Notes: generated by a model not told the origin, from the sequence alone. A stretch of 35,824 nucleotides of DNA from an uncultured virus (IMG/VR IMGVR_UViG_3300028833_000009) (IMGVR_UViG_3300028833_000009); one strand, 5' to 3'; positions 7,827 to 15,584 are shown, counted from the first letter of the stretch. Program-made: numbers and translations.

Positions 7827-8314
7827 ATTCTATCCTCCACCCGATATCCAAATGGAACTTGTCCAAGAGCAATAGTTCGCCAATGATTCTTAACGACCTC
7901 TGCAGCATATGGACTAGATTCAAGATTCTTTTTAGCTTCTTCCTGAATTGTTTGCCAAGTATCTGAACTTATAATTTTGTCAAATTTGTATTCATATTGT
8001 GGGTACAGAAAATCATCATAATCAATTAGCCGCAATCCGCATTTATTACTTTGTTTAGTCCAGTTTCTAATAAAATCCCACATGACAAATCCTGCCTGAA
8101 ACCCTGTGATTCCTTGAACTTCAGCCCCAAGCCATGCCGCTGCAGATATACAGGCGCCTATCGCATGGCATACTGTTCCGTAATCATGATCATAATCATT
8201 CAATAAATGATTTATAAATTTTGTAAGATCTTCTATTGTCTTTATTTCACTCGCTTGCTTAAACCATTCTTTTTCCGGATGCATGTCTTCAGTTACAACG
8301 ATCTTTTTGTTCAT
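7823..8314 (-). CDS. hypothetical phage protein (163 aa)
   Basis: AAGGAG SD; globular-looking sequence. Confidence 0.75.
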   Translation of the reverse strand: MNKKIVVTEDMHPEKEWFKQASEIKTIEDLTKFINHLLNDYDHDYGTVCHAIGACISAAAWLGAEVQGITGFQAGFVMWDFIRNWTKQSNKCGLRLIDYDDFLYPQYEYKFDKIISSDTWQTIQEEAKKNLESSPYAAEVVKNHWRTIALGQVPFGYRVEDRI

Positions 8315-8501
8315 TATTCTTAATCTCCTTTAACTTATCAATACTTGTTCTAATATTAAAACCATAATCAAAACCTATCTTCATGCCATTTAAAAAGCTA
8401 ATTGTACCATTTTTTATATCCAAAAATGTTGCTATAGTCCAAACAAGCGCAATCACAAAAGCTCCTGAAATATTACCGATTATAAAACTCATCCAATCCA
8501 T
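8289..8501 (-). CDS. small membrane protein
   Basis: N-terminal hydrophobic helix FIIGNISGAFVIALVWTIATF. Confidence 0.65.
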   Translation of the reverse strand: MDWMSFIIGNISGAFVIALVWTIATFLDIKNGTISFLNGMKIGFDYGFNIRTSIDKLKEIKNNEQKDRCN

Positions 8502-8528
8502 ACTTTTAATATACCACCTTCTGAATTG

Positions 8529-8723
8529 TCATTTCATTTCTCTCCTTTTTCCAGCAGGACAAAACCAGTCATCGGAAACACAACAGTCGTCACATACACA
8601 ATATGCCGTCATATAGTCTCTGCAATCCTTACATCGGATTAACTCTTTTGGTTGTTCTAATAGATACGTTGCACCCATAATATCTGTTCTTGATTCATCA
8701 ATCTTGATAATATACTCTTTCAT
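8529..8723 (-). CDS. small Cys-rich protein
   Basis: ELIRCKDC...DDWFCPAG; start taken at MKEY after the junction motif. Confidence 0.7.
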   Translation of the reverse strand: MKEYIIKIDESRTDIMGATYLLEQPKELIRCKDCRDYMTAYCVCDDCCVSDDWFCPAGKRREMK

Positions 8724-8841
8724 TTCCACTCCACCAACCTTCCCATTCTGTAACGTCTGAACCGCAATATGGGCAACGCATAACTGTTGTTGGATAGATT
8801 CTGTGCCAGCGTTCGCATTGTTTACAAAACACCCAAATCAT
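8698..8841 (-). CDS. 47-aa zinc-ribbon protein (not in ORF track)
   Basis: MIWVFCKQCERWHRIYPTTVMRCPYCGSDVTEW...; ATGA overlap. Confidence 0.65.
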   Translation of the reverse strand: MIWVFCKQCERWHRIYPTTVMRCPYCGSDVTEWEGWWSGNERVYYQD

Positions 8842-9203
8842 TTCCACTTCACCACCTTACATTGTTCAAACGTTGGCTTTCCAGTAAATAACTTTAATTT
8901 TCCCATTAAAAGAGCAGGTTCATGTATGGTGTTTGGATCAAGTACCCACATCGGAGACGTATCATATTCCCATAGCTCACATACCGGATTTCGTTTTGGA
9001 TTATTTTTCCATTCTTTCCATTCGTCAATGGTAAGCTCACGAATTTCATGTTCTTTAAGTAAGGTAATTGTATCTTCAATCATTTTTCCCATGCAATATT
9101 CTGGTTCCTTAATTGCCAGGAATTCTCGACCACTACAGATTTCATATGGGTTACTTTCTCTGAAAATTTCCCATGCTTTAATGAGTCGTTCTGAATCAAT
9201 CAT
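8838..9203 (-). CDS. hypothetical protein (121 aa)
   Basis: GGAGG SD; MIDSERLIKA...TITLLKE N-terminal module shared with neighbours. Confidence 0.7.
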   Translation of the reverse strand: MIDSERLIKAWEIFRESNPYEICSGREFLAIKEPEYCMGKMIEDTITLLKEHEIRELTIDEWKEWKNNPKRNPVCELWEYDTSPMWVLDPNTIHEPALLMGKLKLFTGKPTFEQCKVVKWK

Positions 9204-9441
9204 TTTTTACTGTACCTCCGACAGCTTCCTGTTTAATTTCACGCAGGTAATTAATTGTTGCCTGAGCCCGTTCAATATAATCGCCAATCCGTTCCCATAA
9301 TTTTGCATCTACTATACAAAATTTTGAATCATAAATTTTTGTATGATGAATGGCTCCAAGTGTTGCATTTAATGAATTACAAAAATGATTTACGCTTTCA
9401 TCGGCATCTCTTGCCGGATCATATGTCATAAAGTCAATCAT
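9196..9441 (-). CDS. hypothetical protein (81 aa)
   Basis: ORF track; junction motif upstream. Confidence 0.65.
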   Translation of the reverse strand: MIDFMTYDPARDADESVNHFCNSLNATLGAIHHTKIYDSKFCIVDAKLWERIGDYIERAQATINYLREIKQEAVGGTVKND

Positions 9442-9465
9442 TCTTACTTCACCGCCTTTTACTGT

Positions 9466-9747
9466 TCAATAATTAAGTTTTGTCCTTGCATAATATTCAG
9501 TTACTTCTGATAATGGTACGACTGTTATGTCTTTTACACACGTTTGTCCTTCGCAAAAATCATTTAAGAACTTTATTGTTTCATAATCAGAATCACTTTT
9601 GCAAAAAATAACTTCTTCATGGCATTCCCATTCGTCATCATAACTATATTTCTGTAGAAAAAATGCCACTACATCTTGTGGAAAAGTATTCTTCCAATAT
9701 GTTCTAACCGCATCTGCGATATAATCATAACTATCTTTTTCAATCAT
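9466..9747 (-). CDS. hypothetical protein (93 aa)
   Basis: ORF track; packed. Confidence 0.65.
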   Translation of the reverse strand: MIEKDSYDYIADAVRTYWKNTFPQDVVAFFLQKYSYDDEWECHEEVIFCKSDSDYETIKFLNDFCEGQTCVKDITVVPLSEVTEYYARTKLNY

Positions 9748-9749
9748 TT

Positions 9750-10025
9750 CTATTTAGCATCCCCCATTTTCAAATATTTATCATTGTATTTAGGTTTCGA
9801 TAATTCATACTTATTCCAATAAAAATGTCGTTCTTCTTCTGTTAAATTGGATACTAAAATCCTCATACATTCATTGAATCGTGGCGTAAGATGACGCTCT
9901 TTATTAGTCATTTTCGCCCAATTCTTTGGCGGCCTTCCAAATATAAAAGGATCCCATTTAAAGCAATTCATCATTACATAGGATTTTCCAATACGATCTT
10001 TCGAATATTTACTAATGTCAACCAT
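9750..10025 (-). CDS. hypothetical protein (91 aa)
   Basis: AGGAGG SD. Confidence 0.7.
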   Translation of the reverse strand: MVDISKYSKDRIGKSYVMMNCFKWDPFIFGRPPKNWAKMTNKERHLTPRFNECMRILVSNLTEEERHFYWNKYELSKPKYNDKYLKMGDAK

Positions 10026-10057
10026 TTAAAGAATCCTCCTGCTTTCTGAGTATCTTT

Positions 10058-10234
10058 TTATTTTTCCTTTATAGGGCATTCAATTTGACGCTTTTTATAA
10101 TCTTTTGTACTAAAAGTTTTATGAGTTAAACAACAATATCGTTTTTCAATTTCGTCAGGCGAATATTCACCTTTATTCATGGGACATTCATGACAGTTCT
10201 TAGGAATTTCCATTTCAATCTCTATATTTTTCAT
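10058..10234 (-). CDS. 58-aa Cys-rich protein (not in ORF track)
   Basis: MKNIEIEMEIPKNCHECPM...YCC...CPIKEK; same pattern as 10812..11048. Confidence 0.65.
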   Translation of the reverse strand: MKNIEIEMEIPKNCHECPMNKGEYSPDEIEKRYCCLTHKTFSTKDYKKRQIECPIKEK

Positions 10235-10248
10235 TCCACAGGGCCTCT

Positions 10249-10566
10249 CTATTCACATGCACCTTCTGACAAAGTTCGTGCATGAGAGATTTTTATTTCT
10301 TTAGAATTTATCTCTTTCGCGAAGCTTTTCTCTATATATTCTTTTGTGAATTTCATCACACACTCAGGACAACATGCGTCATAATACTCGTGAGAATCAA
10401 TACTATCATTTCCCCAATCATTGTGCCATGTGTGAATAACAAAATAGTTATAGTCTTTTAAGTCATTAGCTTTTTCAATATTTTTTCCACATATATCGCA
10501 CTTCCTGCCGATAATGACCTCATCAACTGTAACATGTGTAACCTCTTTCCGCTCTACAATCTTCAC
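10249..10566 (-). CDS. zinc-binding hypothetical protein
   Basis: CDICG...ACCPEC; AGGAGG SD with GTG start. Confidence 0.7.
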   Translation of the reverse strand: MKIVERKEVTHVTVDEVIIGRKCDICGKNIEKANDLKDYNYFVIHTWHNDWGNDSIDSHEYYDACCPECVMKFTKEYIEKSFAKEINSKEIKISHARTLSEGACE

Positions 10567-10582
10567 GAAAATGCCTCCTTAA

Positions 10583-10792
10583 TCATGATTCATTTGCTTT
10601 ACTTTTCTTTAAATCTCTATAAAGTATATGCTGTGCGGTTTCCGATTTAAAATCTACTTCAATATCTGCTATAATGCTTCCATCTTGGTTTTGTATATAG
10701 TCTGGAGCGTTCAGCAGTATTTCATCACGGCGCTTGATTGCTTCCATATCTGGATGTATCATTATGCTCCATGGAATGGATAATTCGTCCAT
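10583..10792 (-). CDS. hypothetical protein; start revised to MDELS
   Basis: Junction/SD motif GAAGGTCGGTGAA precedes ATG at 10792. Confidence 0.55.
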   Translation of the reverse strand: MDELSIPWSIMIHPDMEAIKRRDEILLNAPDYIQNQDGSIIADIEVDFKSETAQHILYRDLKKSKANES

Positions 10793-10811
10793 AAAATTCA
10801 CCGACCTTCCT

Positions 10812-11048
10812 TTATGTTGCAGATTGCATGATTGGCATATCAGCAAACTGACAACCACCAGACTTGATACCCTTACATGTTCTTTTTGCAATATCAAGTA
10901 CAAACTCCTTTAATGGACACCAATATGGCCTATATTCAAATGTTGATCTTTTCTCTTTATCTGCCTCACATCTACTATGTTCACTATTATTGCATGGGCA
11001 TCTGTAACAGTAGTCTGGAAGTGCATCCATTGTTGTTATCACTATCAT
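10812..11048 (-). CDS. Cys-rich protein
   Basis: PDYCYRCPC...RPYWCPLKE. Confidence 0.7.
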   Translation of the reverse strand: MIVITTMDALPDYCYRCPCNNSEHSRCEADKEKRSTFEYRPYWCPLKEFVLDIAKRTCKGIKSGGCQFADMPIMQSAT

Positions 11049-11308
11049 TTCCACTTCATCTCCTTACCGCACATTCTGCAGAATTTGTCTCCATTTGTTA
11101 TAGGTACTCCACACGAACCGCAGCACCAGAAAAGCATATGCATAATTTCACGCTGTATAACTGGTACGGCTTGTTCTCCATCTGTCTTTTGTTCAGAATC
11201 TTTAGGTTTTTTATTTGTGCGTGAGTTGTATACAGCATCTTCTAAAGCCCATTCATAATTTTCTGGCGCATCTTCATTTTCAAACCAATGTCTTTCTGTC
11301 AAACCCAT
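11045..11308 (-). CDS. zinc-ribbon protein
   Basis: CGSCG...FCRMCGKEMKW. Confidence 0.7.
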   Translation of the reverse strand: MGLTERHWFENEDAPENYEWALEDAVYNSRTNKKPKDSEQKTDGEQAVPVIQREIMHMLFWCCGSCGVPITNGDKFCRMCGKEMKWK

Positions 11309-11315
11309 TCCCACT

Positions 11316-11402
11316 TCACCGCCTGTCGTCTAAAAATGCACAGATTAATGTAATCACGATGCCGACCACCATTCCTATAAAAAATAAACGAATTTCAAAC
11401 AT
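11316..11402 (-). CDS. 28-aa single-TM peptide (not in ORF track)
   Basis: MFEIRLFFIGMVVGIVITLICAFLDDRR; GGAG SD; fills the gap exactly. Confidence 0.55.
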   Translation of the reverse strand: MFEIRLFFIGMVVGIVITLICAFLDDRR

Positions 11403-11607
11403 TTTGTTCTCCGTTATACATGTCATACACTGTGTACCAAGCGTGTTCTGTTTGAATAAGTCTTGAACTTTTTATAAGTTCTAATGCATCAGCAAGCAAT
11501 TTTTTACAACTCAATGCTTGTTTTTCTTTCCCGTACTGACATTTTATGCAATTTCTATTCCCTAAACATTCTTTTAATTCTTTGATAACCTTCACCATGT
11601 CAGGCAT
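11395..11607 (-). CDS. Cys-containing small protein; start revised to MPDMVKVIKEL
   Basis: Junction motif before ATG at 11607; C..C.Y...C..L..DA..L.K family. Confidence 0.65.
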   Translation of the reverse strand: MPDMVKVIKELKECLGNRNCIKCQYGKEKQALSCKKLLADALELIKSSRLIQTEHAWYTVYDMYNGEQNV

Positions 11608-11917
11608 CCACTTCACCGCCTGATTTGCTATATTTCTCACACATTTCGTTCCATTTTTCAACTGCCTCATCAACCGTTTTGAAATACTTTCGTCCGTAAA
11701 AATTATCAGCAGCAAATGCAATCTTTACGATGTTACATTCTCTGCAACGGAATGCCCAATCATAACTGCTGCCGTCCATTCCCTGAGATTCTCTTTCGAT
11801 ACTTATTTCGATATTTGAACTTCCACAAAGTGGGCAAGCATGAACAGGAATACTCGGTTTCGTATTTCTTTGTTCGTGAGACGTTATCCCACAGCCATAC
11901 ATAGGATATGGTGTCAT
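11600..11917 (-). CDS. Lar-family-like (restriction alleviation) zinc-ribbon protein
   Basis: ACPLCGS...RCRECN...EAVEKWN. Confidence 0.65.
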   Translation of the reverse strand: MTPYPMYGCGITSHEQRNTKPSIPVHACPLCGSSNIEISIERESQGMDGSSYDWAFRCRECNIVKIAFAADNFYGRKYFKTVDEAVEKWNEMCEKYSKSGGEVDA

Positions 11918-11933
11918 TCTTACTTCACCGCCT

Positions 11934-12167
11934 TTATGTCGCTGACATCATGATGCTTTTCAATGTGTCTTGATCGCCATATTTCAATACCCTGAGTTTT
12001 TCTTCAAGTTCTTGGATTCGTGCGTCCTGCTCTTTTACCAGTGATATGGCATCAGATGTTAAATCATCTACGCATTCACAATTAAAATATGGGCAATGCG
12101 GACATGTAGAACCATCGTGTTTTGAACAATGTTCCAGCCCTTTGACAACTTTTTCTCTGTCAACAAT
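11934..12167 (-). CDS. 77-codon gene starting with ATT (non-canonical start or lost start)
   Basis: (I)VDREKVVKGLEHC...CPHCPY...DAISLVKEQ, homologous to neighbouring genes. Confidence 0.55.
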   Translation of the reverse strand: MVDREKVVKGLEHCSKHDGSTCPHCPYFNCECVDDLTSDAISLVKEQDARIQELEEKLRVLKYGDQDTLKSIMMSAT

Positions 12168-12173
12168 TCTATT

Positions 12174-12368
12174 TTACCTACCTTCCTTCCGTTCATTTGT
12201 CACAAATTTCAATGGTAAATGTGACTCATATGTTTTATGACGGATGATAAGTTCTGGAATTGACGAATAAAAACTATCAAATTGTTCCTGTTCTTTTGCT
12301 TCCTCAATCAGCATTGCACGTTCCCATGCTGTAAGCCATTCACCACTTAACGGTTCGCCATTATTCAT
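12174..12368 (-). CDS. hypothetical protein (64 aa)
   Basis: ORF track; packed. Confidence 0.6.
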   Translation of the reverse strand: MNNGEPLSGEWLTAWERAMLIEEAKEQEQFDSFYSSIPELIIRHKTYESHLPLKFVTNERKEGR

Positions 12369-12374
12369 TTCATT

Positions 12375-12683
12375 TTACCAATCCTTTCTATGCCATTTTC
12401 CATCTATTCCCTCATACATCAATTCTTGTTTGCCAAGCATAGCGTCATTAAAACCATTTTCATATTCATTTTTATACTCTTTCATCAGACATATGCCTTC
12501 CATCATGCTCTGTGCCGTCTGCTTAAGGTTGTCAATCTCTTCTCCCTGCTCTTTCAGCAAGGAAATGGCACTCGTAGTAACCTGTCCGATTCTAATGCAC
12601 ATTTCTGGAGTAAGCATTTGCGGATTATAATACAATATAAGTTTTGCTGTATTCAAATCATTAATAACTTTCTCCAAATTCAT
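12375..12683 (-). CDS. hypothetical protein (102 aa)
   Basis: MNLEKVINDL...AISLLKEQ module. Confidence 0.7.
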   Translation of the reverse strand: MNLEKVINDLNTAKLILYYNPQMLTPEMCIRIGQVTTSAISLLKEQGEEIDNLKQTAQSMMEGICLMKEYKNEYENGFNDAMLGKQELMYEGIDGKWHRKDW

Positions 12684-12689
12684 CCAACT

Positions 12690-12884
12690 TCACCGACCTT
12701 CTCTTGTTTGACCGTAATGCGGACATATATACACACGATTCTCTAATGGCTCTATGGACATTTTGCAAGAATTTTCCGACAATTCAATAGATACAATCAA
12801 TTTGTCTTTCCTCGCTCTTGAAATTAAGAATTGTGCAAAATCTTCTACCTTATCGAAACCCCACGATTTTGCAATCTTATCCAT
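12690..12884 (-). CDS. hypothetical protein (64 aa)
   Basis: Flanked by two near-identical junction motifs. Confidence 0.65.
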   Translation of the reverse strand: MDKIAKSWGFDKVEDFAQFLISRARKDKLIVSIELSENSCKMSIEPLENRVYICPHYGQTREGR

Positions 12885-12890
12885 CCAACT

Positions 12891-13190
12891 TCACCGACCT
12901 TTCTGCGTTGGTTTTACAACGTGAATCCTTGCTTCGATTTCTGTAGCGTCTAATATTGGCTCATACTTATTCTCGCTACTAAAAAATTCCACAAATCCTT
13001 CAGCAACGAGTTTGCTTGCTAGCTTATTTGCTATATCTGTCTTTACAAATTCGACTTCCTTTGGCCCAATATTATGTGCTCGGCAATAATCCCTTTTTGC
13101 TATTTGAATTGACCGTTCAATCATCATGTCATCTTTGCCATTCATCGGGACAGATACAAATACCGTTTTAATTTTGCTCATGGTTTCCAT
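12891..13190 (-). CDS. hypothetical protein; N-terminus resembles DUF4406/nucleoside deoxyribosyltransferase-like proteins
   Basis: VFVSVPMNGK N-terminal motif; the rest is not recognisable. Confidence 0.5.
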   Translation of the reverse strand: METMSKIKTVFVSVPMNGKDDMMIERSIQIAKRDYCRAHNIGPKEVEFVKTDIANKLASKLVAEGFVEFFSSENKYEPILDATEIEARIHVVKPTQKGR

Positions 13191-13239
13191 TCCTCCAAAA
13201 ATATAATTATTAGGACTTCTCGTCCTATAAATAGGCTTG

Positions 13240-13277
13240 AAAAAATAAAGCGGGAAGGACTTGTTCAGTCGCTTCCC
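13240..13277 (-). terminator. intrinsic terminator
   Basis: GGGAAG(C)GACT-GAACA-AGTCCTTCCC, then GCTTTATTTTTT. Confidence 0.7.
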
Positions 13278-13283
13278 ATCTTA

Positions 13284-13529
13284 TTATTCGATTTCGTCTT
13301 CCTCATCTTCATCTTCAAGGTTCAGATACTTTTCAAATATTTCCCTAATCGTCATATCTTTGAAAAAATCTTTTACTTCTTTAGAATTTGCCCAGTTACA
13401 AATCAAATTAATTACATCGATATATTTCATATCAATAAATTTGTTGATTTCTTCCTGTTCATCTTCATTCATATTGATAGTCATCAGCATTTTTCCAACA
13501 GTTGCATTTACCATATTCATGTTTTCCAT
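13284..13529 (-). CDS. hypothetical protein with acidic tail
   Basis: GGAGG SD; ends LEDEDEEDEIE. Confidence 0.7.
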   Translation of the reverse strand: MENMNMVNATVGKMLMTINMNEDEQEEINKFIDMKYIDVINLICNWANSKEVKDFFKDMTIREIFEKYLNLEDEDEEDEIE

Positions 13530-13572
13530 CTTCAAGTTCCTCCCTTAAATAATATTTAATTGACTCATCGTC

Positions 13573-13630
13573 ATTTAAGGAGTTGTTTCAGATGCGAAAA
13601 AAAAAAGAGGAGCCCTTGTTAGGACTCTTC
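13573..13630 (-). promoter_or_regulatory. terminator + promoter motif unit
   Basis: GAAGAGTCCT-AACA-AGGGCTCCTC-T run, then TCGCA TCTGAA ACA ACTCC TTAAAT. Confidence 0.8.
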
Positions 13631-13894
13631 TTCATCAGAATGTCTTGATATAATTTCATTTAATACTGACATGTTCATTCCTGTTACTTTGAGATTTGCT
13701 CTGCTTATTGTTAATCCAGCAGCTCCATAAGCTGTATTAAGAAGTACATACAACTTTTTGAAATATTCGTTTTCAGTCAAGTTATATAGATTCTTAGTAA
13801 TCTTTTGGGCCTGCAATAGTTTATCAGATGCCTCTGTACTTAGTTTCATCACCTCTAATAAATTGTCAAACAACATGCTTGCATCTTCTGCCAT
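13619..13894 (-). CDS. hypothetical helical protein (91 aa)
   Basis: AGGAGGTG SD. Confidence 0.75.
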   Translation of the reverse strand: MAEDASMLFDNLLEVMKLSTEASDKLLQAQKITKNLYNLTENEYFKKLYVLLNTAYGAAGLTISRANLKVTGMNMSVLNEIISRHSDEEES

Positions 13895-13909
13895 GTTATA
13901 TCACCTCCT

Positions 13910-13973
13910 ATTTATAGAAGTGTTTTGTTTGCGAAAAAAAAATAATAGGGCTAAGTCTCATGGTTCTTAGCCC
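13910..13973 (-). promoter_or_regulatory. terminator + promoter motif unit
   Basis: GGGCTAAG...CTTAGCCC, T run, then TCGCA AACAAA ACA CTTCT ATAAAT AGGAGG. Confidence 0.8.
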
Positions 13974-14144
13974 GCAACGAGGATTCCACCTAATGTTGAT
14001 ATACCTCGTCTTCAATCAACACTCCCCATATTCTCTCCGCCGATAATAATCCATATGGGTTTCATATTATCGCGGCGTACTTGTCGTGGAGCGTACCGCC
14101 TGTCCGCTCCTTGGTACACAATATATTCAAAATAACTATGTGTC
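13948..14144 (-). ncRNA. about 200-nt RNA with three tandem H-type pseudoknots
   Basis: Bounded by its own promoter motif and terminator; six stems listed in findings. Confidence 0.65.
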
Positions 14145-14195
14145 ATTATAGCGTATGTTTTAAATGCGAAAAAGTGTAGCGCTTGGCCACACTTT
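14145..14195 (-). promoter_or_regulatory. terminator + promoter motif unit
   Basis: AAAGTGTGGC-CAAGC-GCTACACTTTT, then TCGCA TTTAAA ACA TACGC TATAAT. Confidence 0.8.
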
Positions 14196-14202
14196 AATCT
14201 GA

Positions 14203-14550
14203 TCATAAAATAGATGCTGCATCGAATGGTTCGATGCCATCAATTTTTAATCTGTATAATTCTTCTTTTCCATTATAAGCGTCTTTAATCAAACACCATC
14301 CACATATATCATTTGCAGCTTCCGCAAATTTATTGTTATCTTCTTTCTTTTCTCTATCGATTCTTATAAATTCTGCTTGATCATAAGATTTATCAATGTC
14401 AAGATACTCAATTAGTCGATATGCTTTATCAAATAGCTTAATTCCACTTTTTGTATACAAGACATTTAATTCATGTTCAAGACATTTAAGTTCATCCATA
14501 AAAATCATGCCATCAAAAGATTCATAGTAAATATTTGTGTGTGTGATCAT
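14203..14550 (-). CDS. hypothetical phage protein (115 aa)
   Basis: AGGAGG SD; Y.SFDG..F.DE..CL.HE N-terminus. Confidence 0.75.
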   Translation of the reverse strand: MITHTNIYYESFDGMIFMDELKCLEHELNVLYTKSGIKLFDKAYRLIEYLDIDKSYDQAEFIRIDREKKEDNNKFAEAANDICGWCLIKDAYNGKEELYRLKIDGIEPFDAASIL

Positions 14551-14565
14551 TATTATCCACCTCCT

Positions 14566-14620
14566 ACTTATAGGAGTGTTTTGTTTGCGAATAAAAAAAT
14601 GAGTCCTTGTTCAGGACTCA
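14566..14620 (-). promoter_or_regulatory. terminator + promoter motif unit
   Basis: TGAGTCCT-GAACA-AGGACTCA-T run, then TCGCA AACAAA ACA CTCCT ATAAGT AGGAGG. Confidence 0.8.
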
Positions 14621-14790
14621 TCAGGGATGTATTCTATTGGCCAATAACCATAAAATATGTCATTTCCTGCGGCATCCTTGACATTCATACCATTTCTAAT
14701 TTCCACTTCCTGTTCTGCTATTTCTTCAGTTTCGCAGACACATATTGGTGTATCAATTTGTCTACCAGAATATACAAATGTGACATCATT
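14611..14790 (-). pseudogene. frameshifted small gene
   Basis: SD and ATG are out of frame with the long frame ...VTFVYSGRQIDTPICVCETEEIAEQEVEIRNG...YWPIEYIPDES*. Confidence 0.4.
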
Positions 14791-14835
14791 GTGTCAATTC
14801 CTTTCTATTAATATATGTAAAAAGATCAGCCTTGG

Positions 14836-14985
14836 TTAAGACTGATCTTTCATAAGGTTCCGTATCATAATAGACTTCTGCCAGGGTCTAAGTTTTTTGT
14901 TGTTATCAATTCTCCTTATCTTCCACCGTATTCTTTTACAGCGGATATTAAACTCAAATGATTTTATATACTCCCTTAGCGTCAT
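14836..14985 (-). CDS. 49-aa basic protein (not in ORF track)
   Basis: MTLREYIKSFEFNIRCKRIRWKIRRID...; GAGGAGG SD; own promoter and terminator (14819-14850). Confidence 0.65.
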   Translation of the reverse strand: MTLREYIKSFEFNIRCKRIRWKIRRIDNNKKLRPWQKSIMIRNLMKDQS

Positions 14986-15003
14986 ATTGACACCTCCTCT
15001 TCT

Positions 15004-15063
15004 AATAAAGGAGTTGCTTCAGATGCGTTTTTGGAACAAAAATAAAGGGCCTTGTTAGGGCCC
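15004..15063 (-). promoter_or_regulatory. terminator + promoter motif unit (variant)
   Basis: GGGCCCT-AACA-AGGCCC-TTTATTTTT, then ACGCA TCTGAA GCA ACTCC TTTATT. Confidence 0.65.
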
Positions 15064-15068
15064 ATAAG

Positions 15069-15326
15069 TTACCAATATCTTACAATATCAGCAAGTTTGT
15101 CAAGTAACCCGATTAAATCGAGTTTCTTTCCATAATCTGTTTCTCCTCTCAATTCTATTTCAATTTTGTCAACTTCTTTGCTGACAAGTTTGCAAATCTG
15201 TTCTTTTACTTCCCTTCCAGGTTTATCTTCTTTTTCTTCTCTTTGTATTGTCGTCTGTTCTTTAATAAAATTAATGAGTTCCTCTGTTATCCCAACATTA
15301 ATTACCTTTTCTTTCTTGTTTTCCAT
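15069..15326 (-). CDS. hypothetical helical protein; start revised to MENKKE
   Basis: AAGGAGG SD before ATG at 15326. Confidence 0.7.
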   Translation of the reverse strand: MENKKEKVINVGITEELINFIKEQTTIQREEKEDKPGREVKEQICKLVSKEVDKIEIELRGETDYGKKLDLIGLLDKLADIVRYW

Positions 15327-15370
15327 CTTCAAGTTCCTCCTTAAAATTTTTTTCAGACAACTACATGTCC

Positions 15371-15424
15371 ACTTAAGGAGTTGTTCTGAATGCGAAAAAG
15401 TGAGTCCTTGTATGGAACTCACTT
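15371..15424 (-). promoter_or_regulatory. terminator + promoter motif unit
   Basis: AAGTGAGTTCC-ATACAA-GGACTCACTTTT, then TCGCA TTCAGA ACA ACTCC TTAAGT. Confidence 0.8.
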
Positions 15425-15431
15425 AAAATAG

Positions 15432-15584
15432 TCATTCACTTAAAAGGTTTTTTAAATCTTCAAGATATACAGATATTTCCCTTGCTGCATTTTTCGGTAT
15501 GCTAACATTGTCGTGATCATTGCCATTAGCAATAATTATGCTAAGATTAAGCATCCCAATCAGCTCTTCAACTGTATATTCCAC
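15432..15584 (-). CDS. 50-aa protein (not in ORF track)
   Basis: AAGGAGG + GTG; MEYTVEELIGMLNLSIIIANGNDHDNVSIPKNAAREISVYLEDLKNLLSE. Confidence 0.65.
   Translation of the reverse strand: MEYTVEELIGMLNLSIIIANGNDHDNVSIPKNAAREISVYLEDLKNLLSE

Noticed and set aside
6880..14005. 10-nt complementarity between RNA C (UUGAUAUACC) and pseudoknot 3 (GGUAUAUCAA)
   Set aside because: Short, AT-rich and partly buried in a stem; compatible with chance
13948..14144. tmRNA, or the 64-aa ORF 14012..14206
   Set aside because: No tRNA-like ends or T arm; the ORF starts upstream of the terminator/promoter joint and lacks an SD
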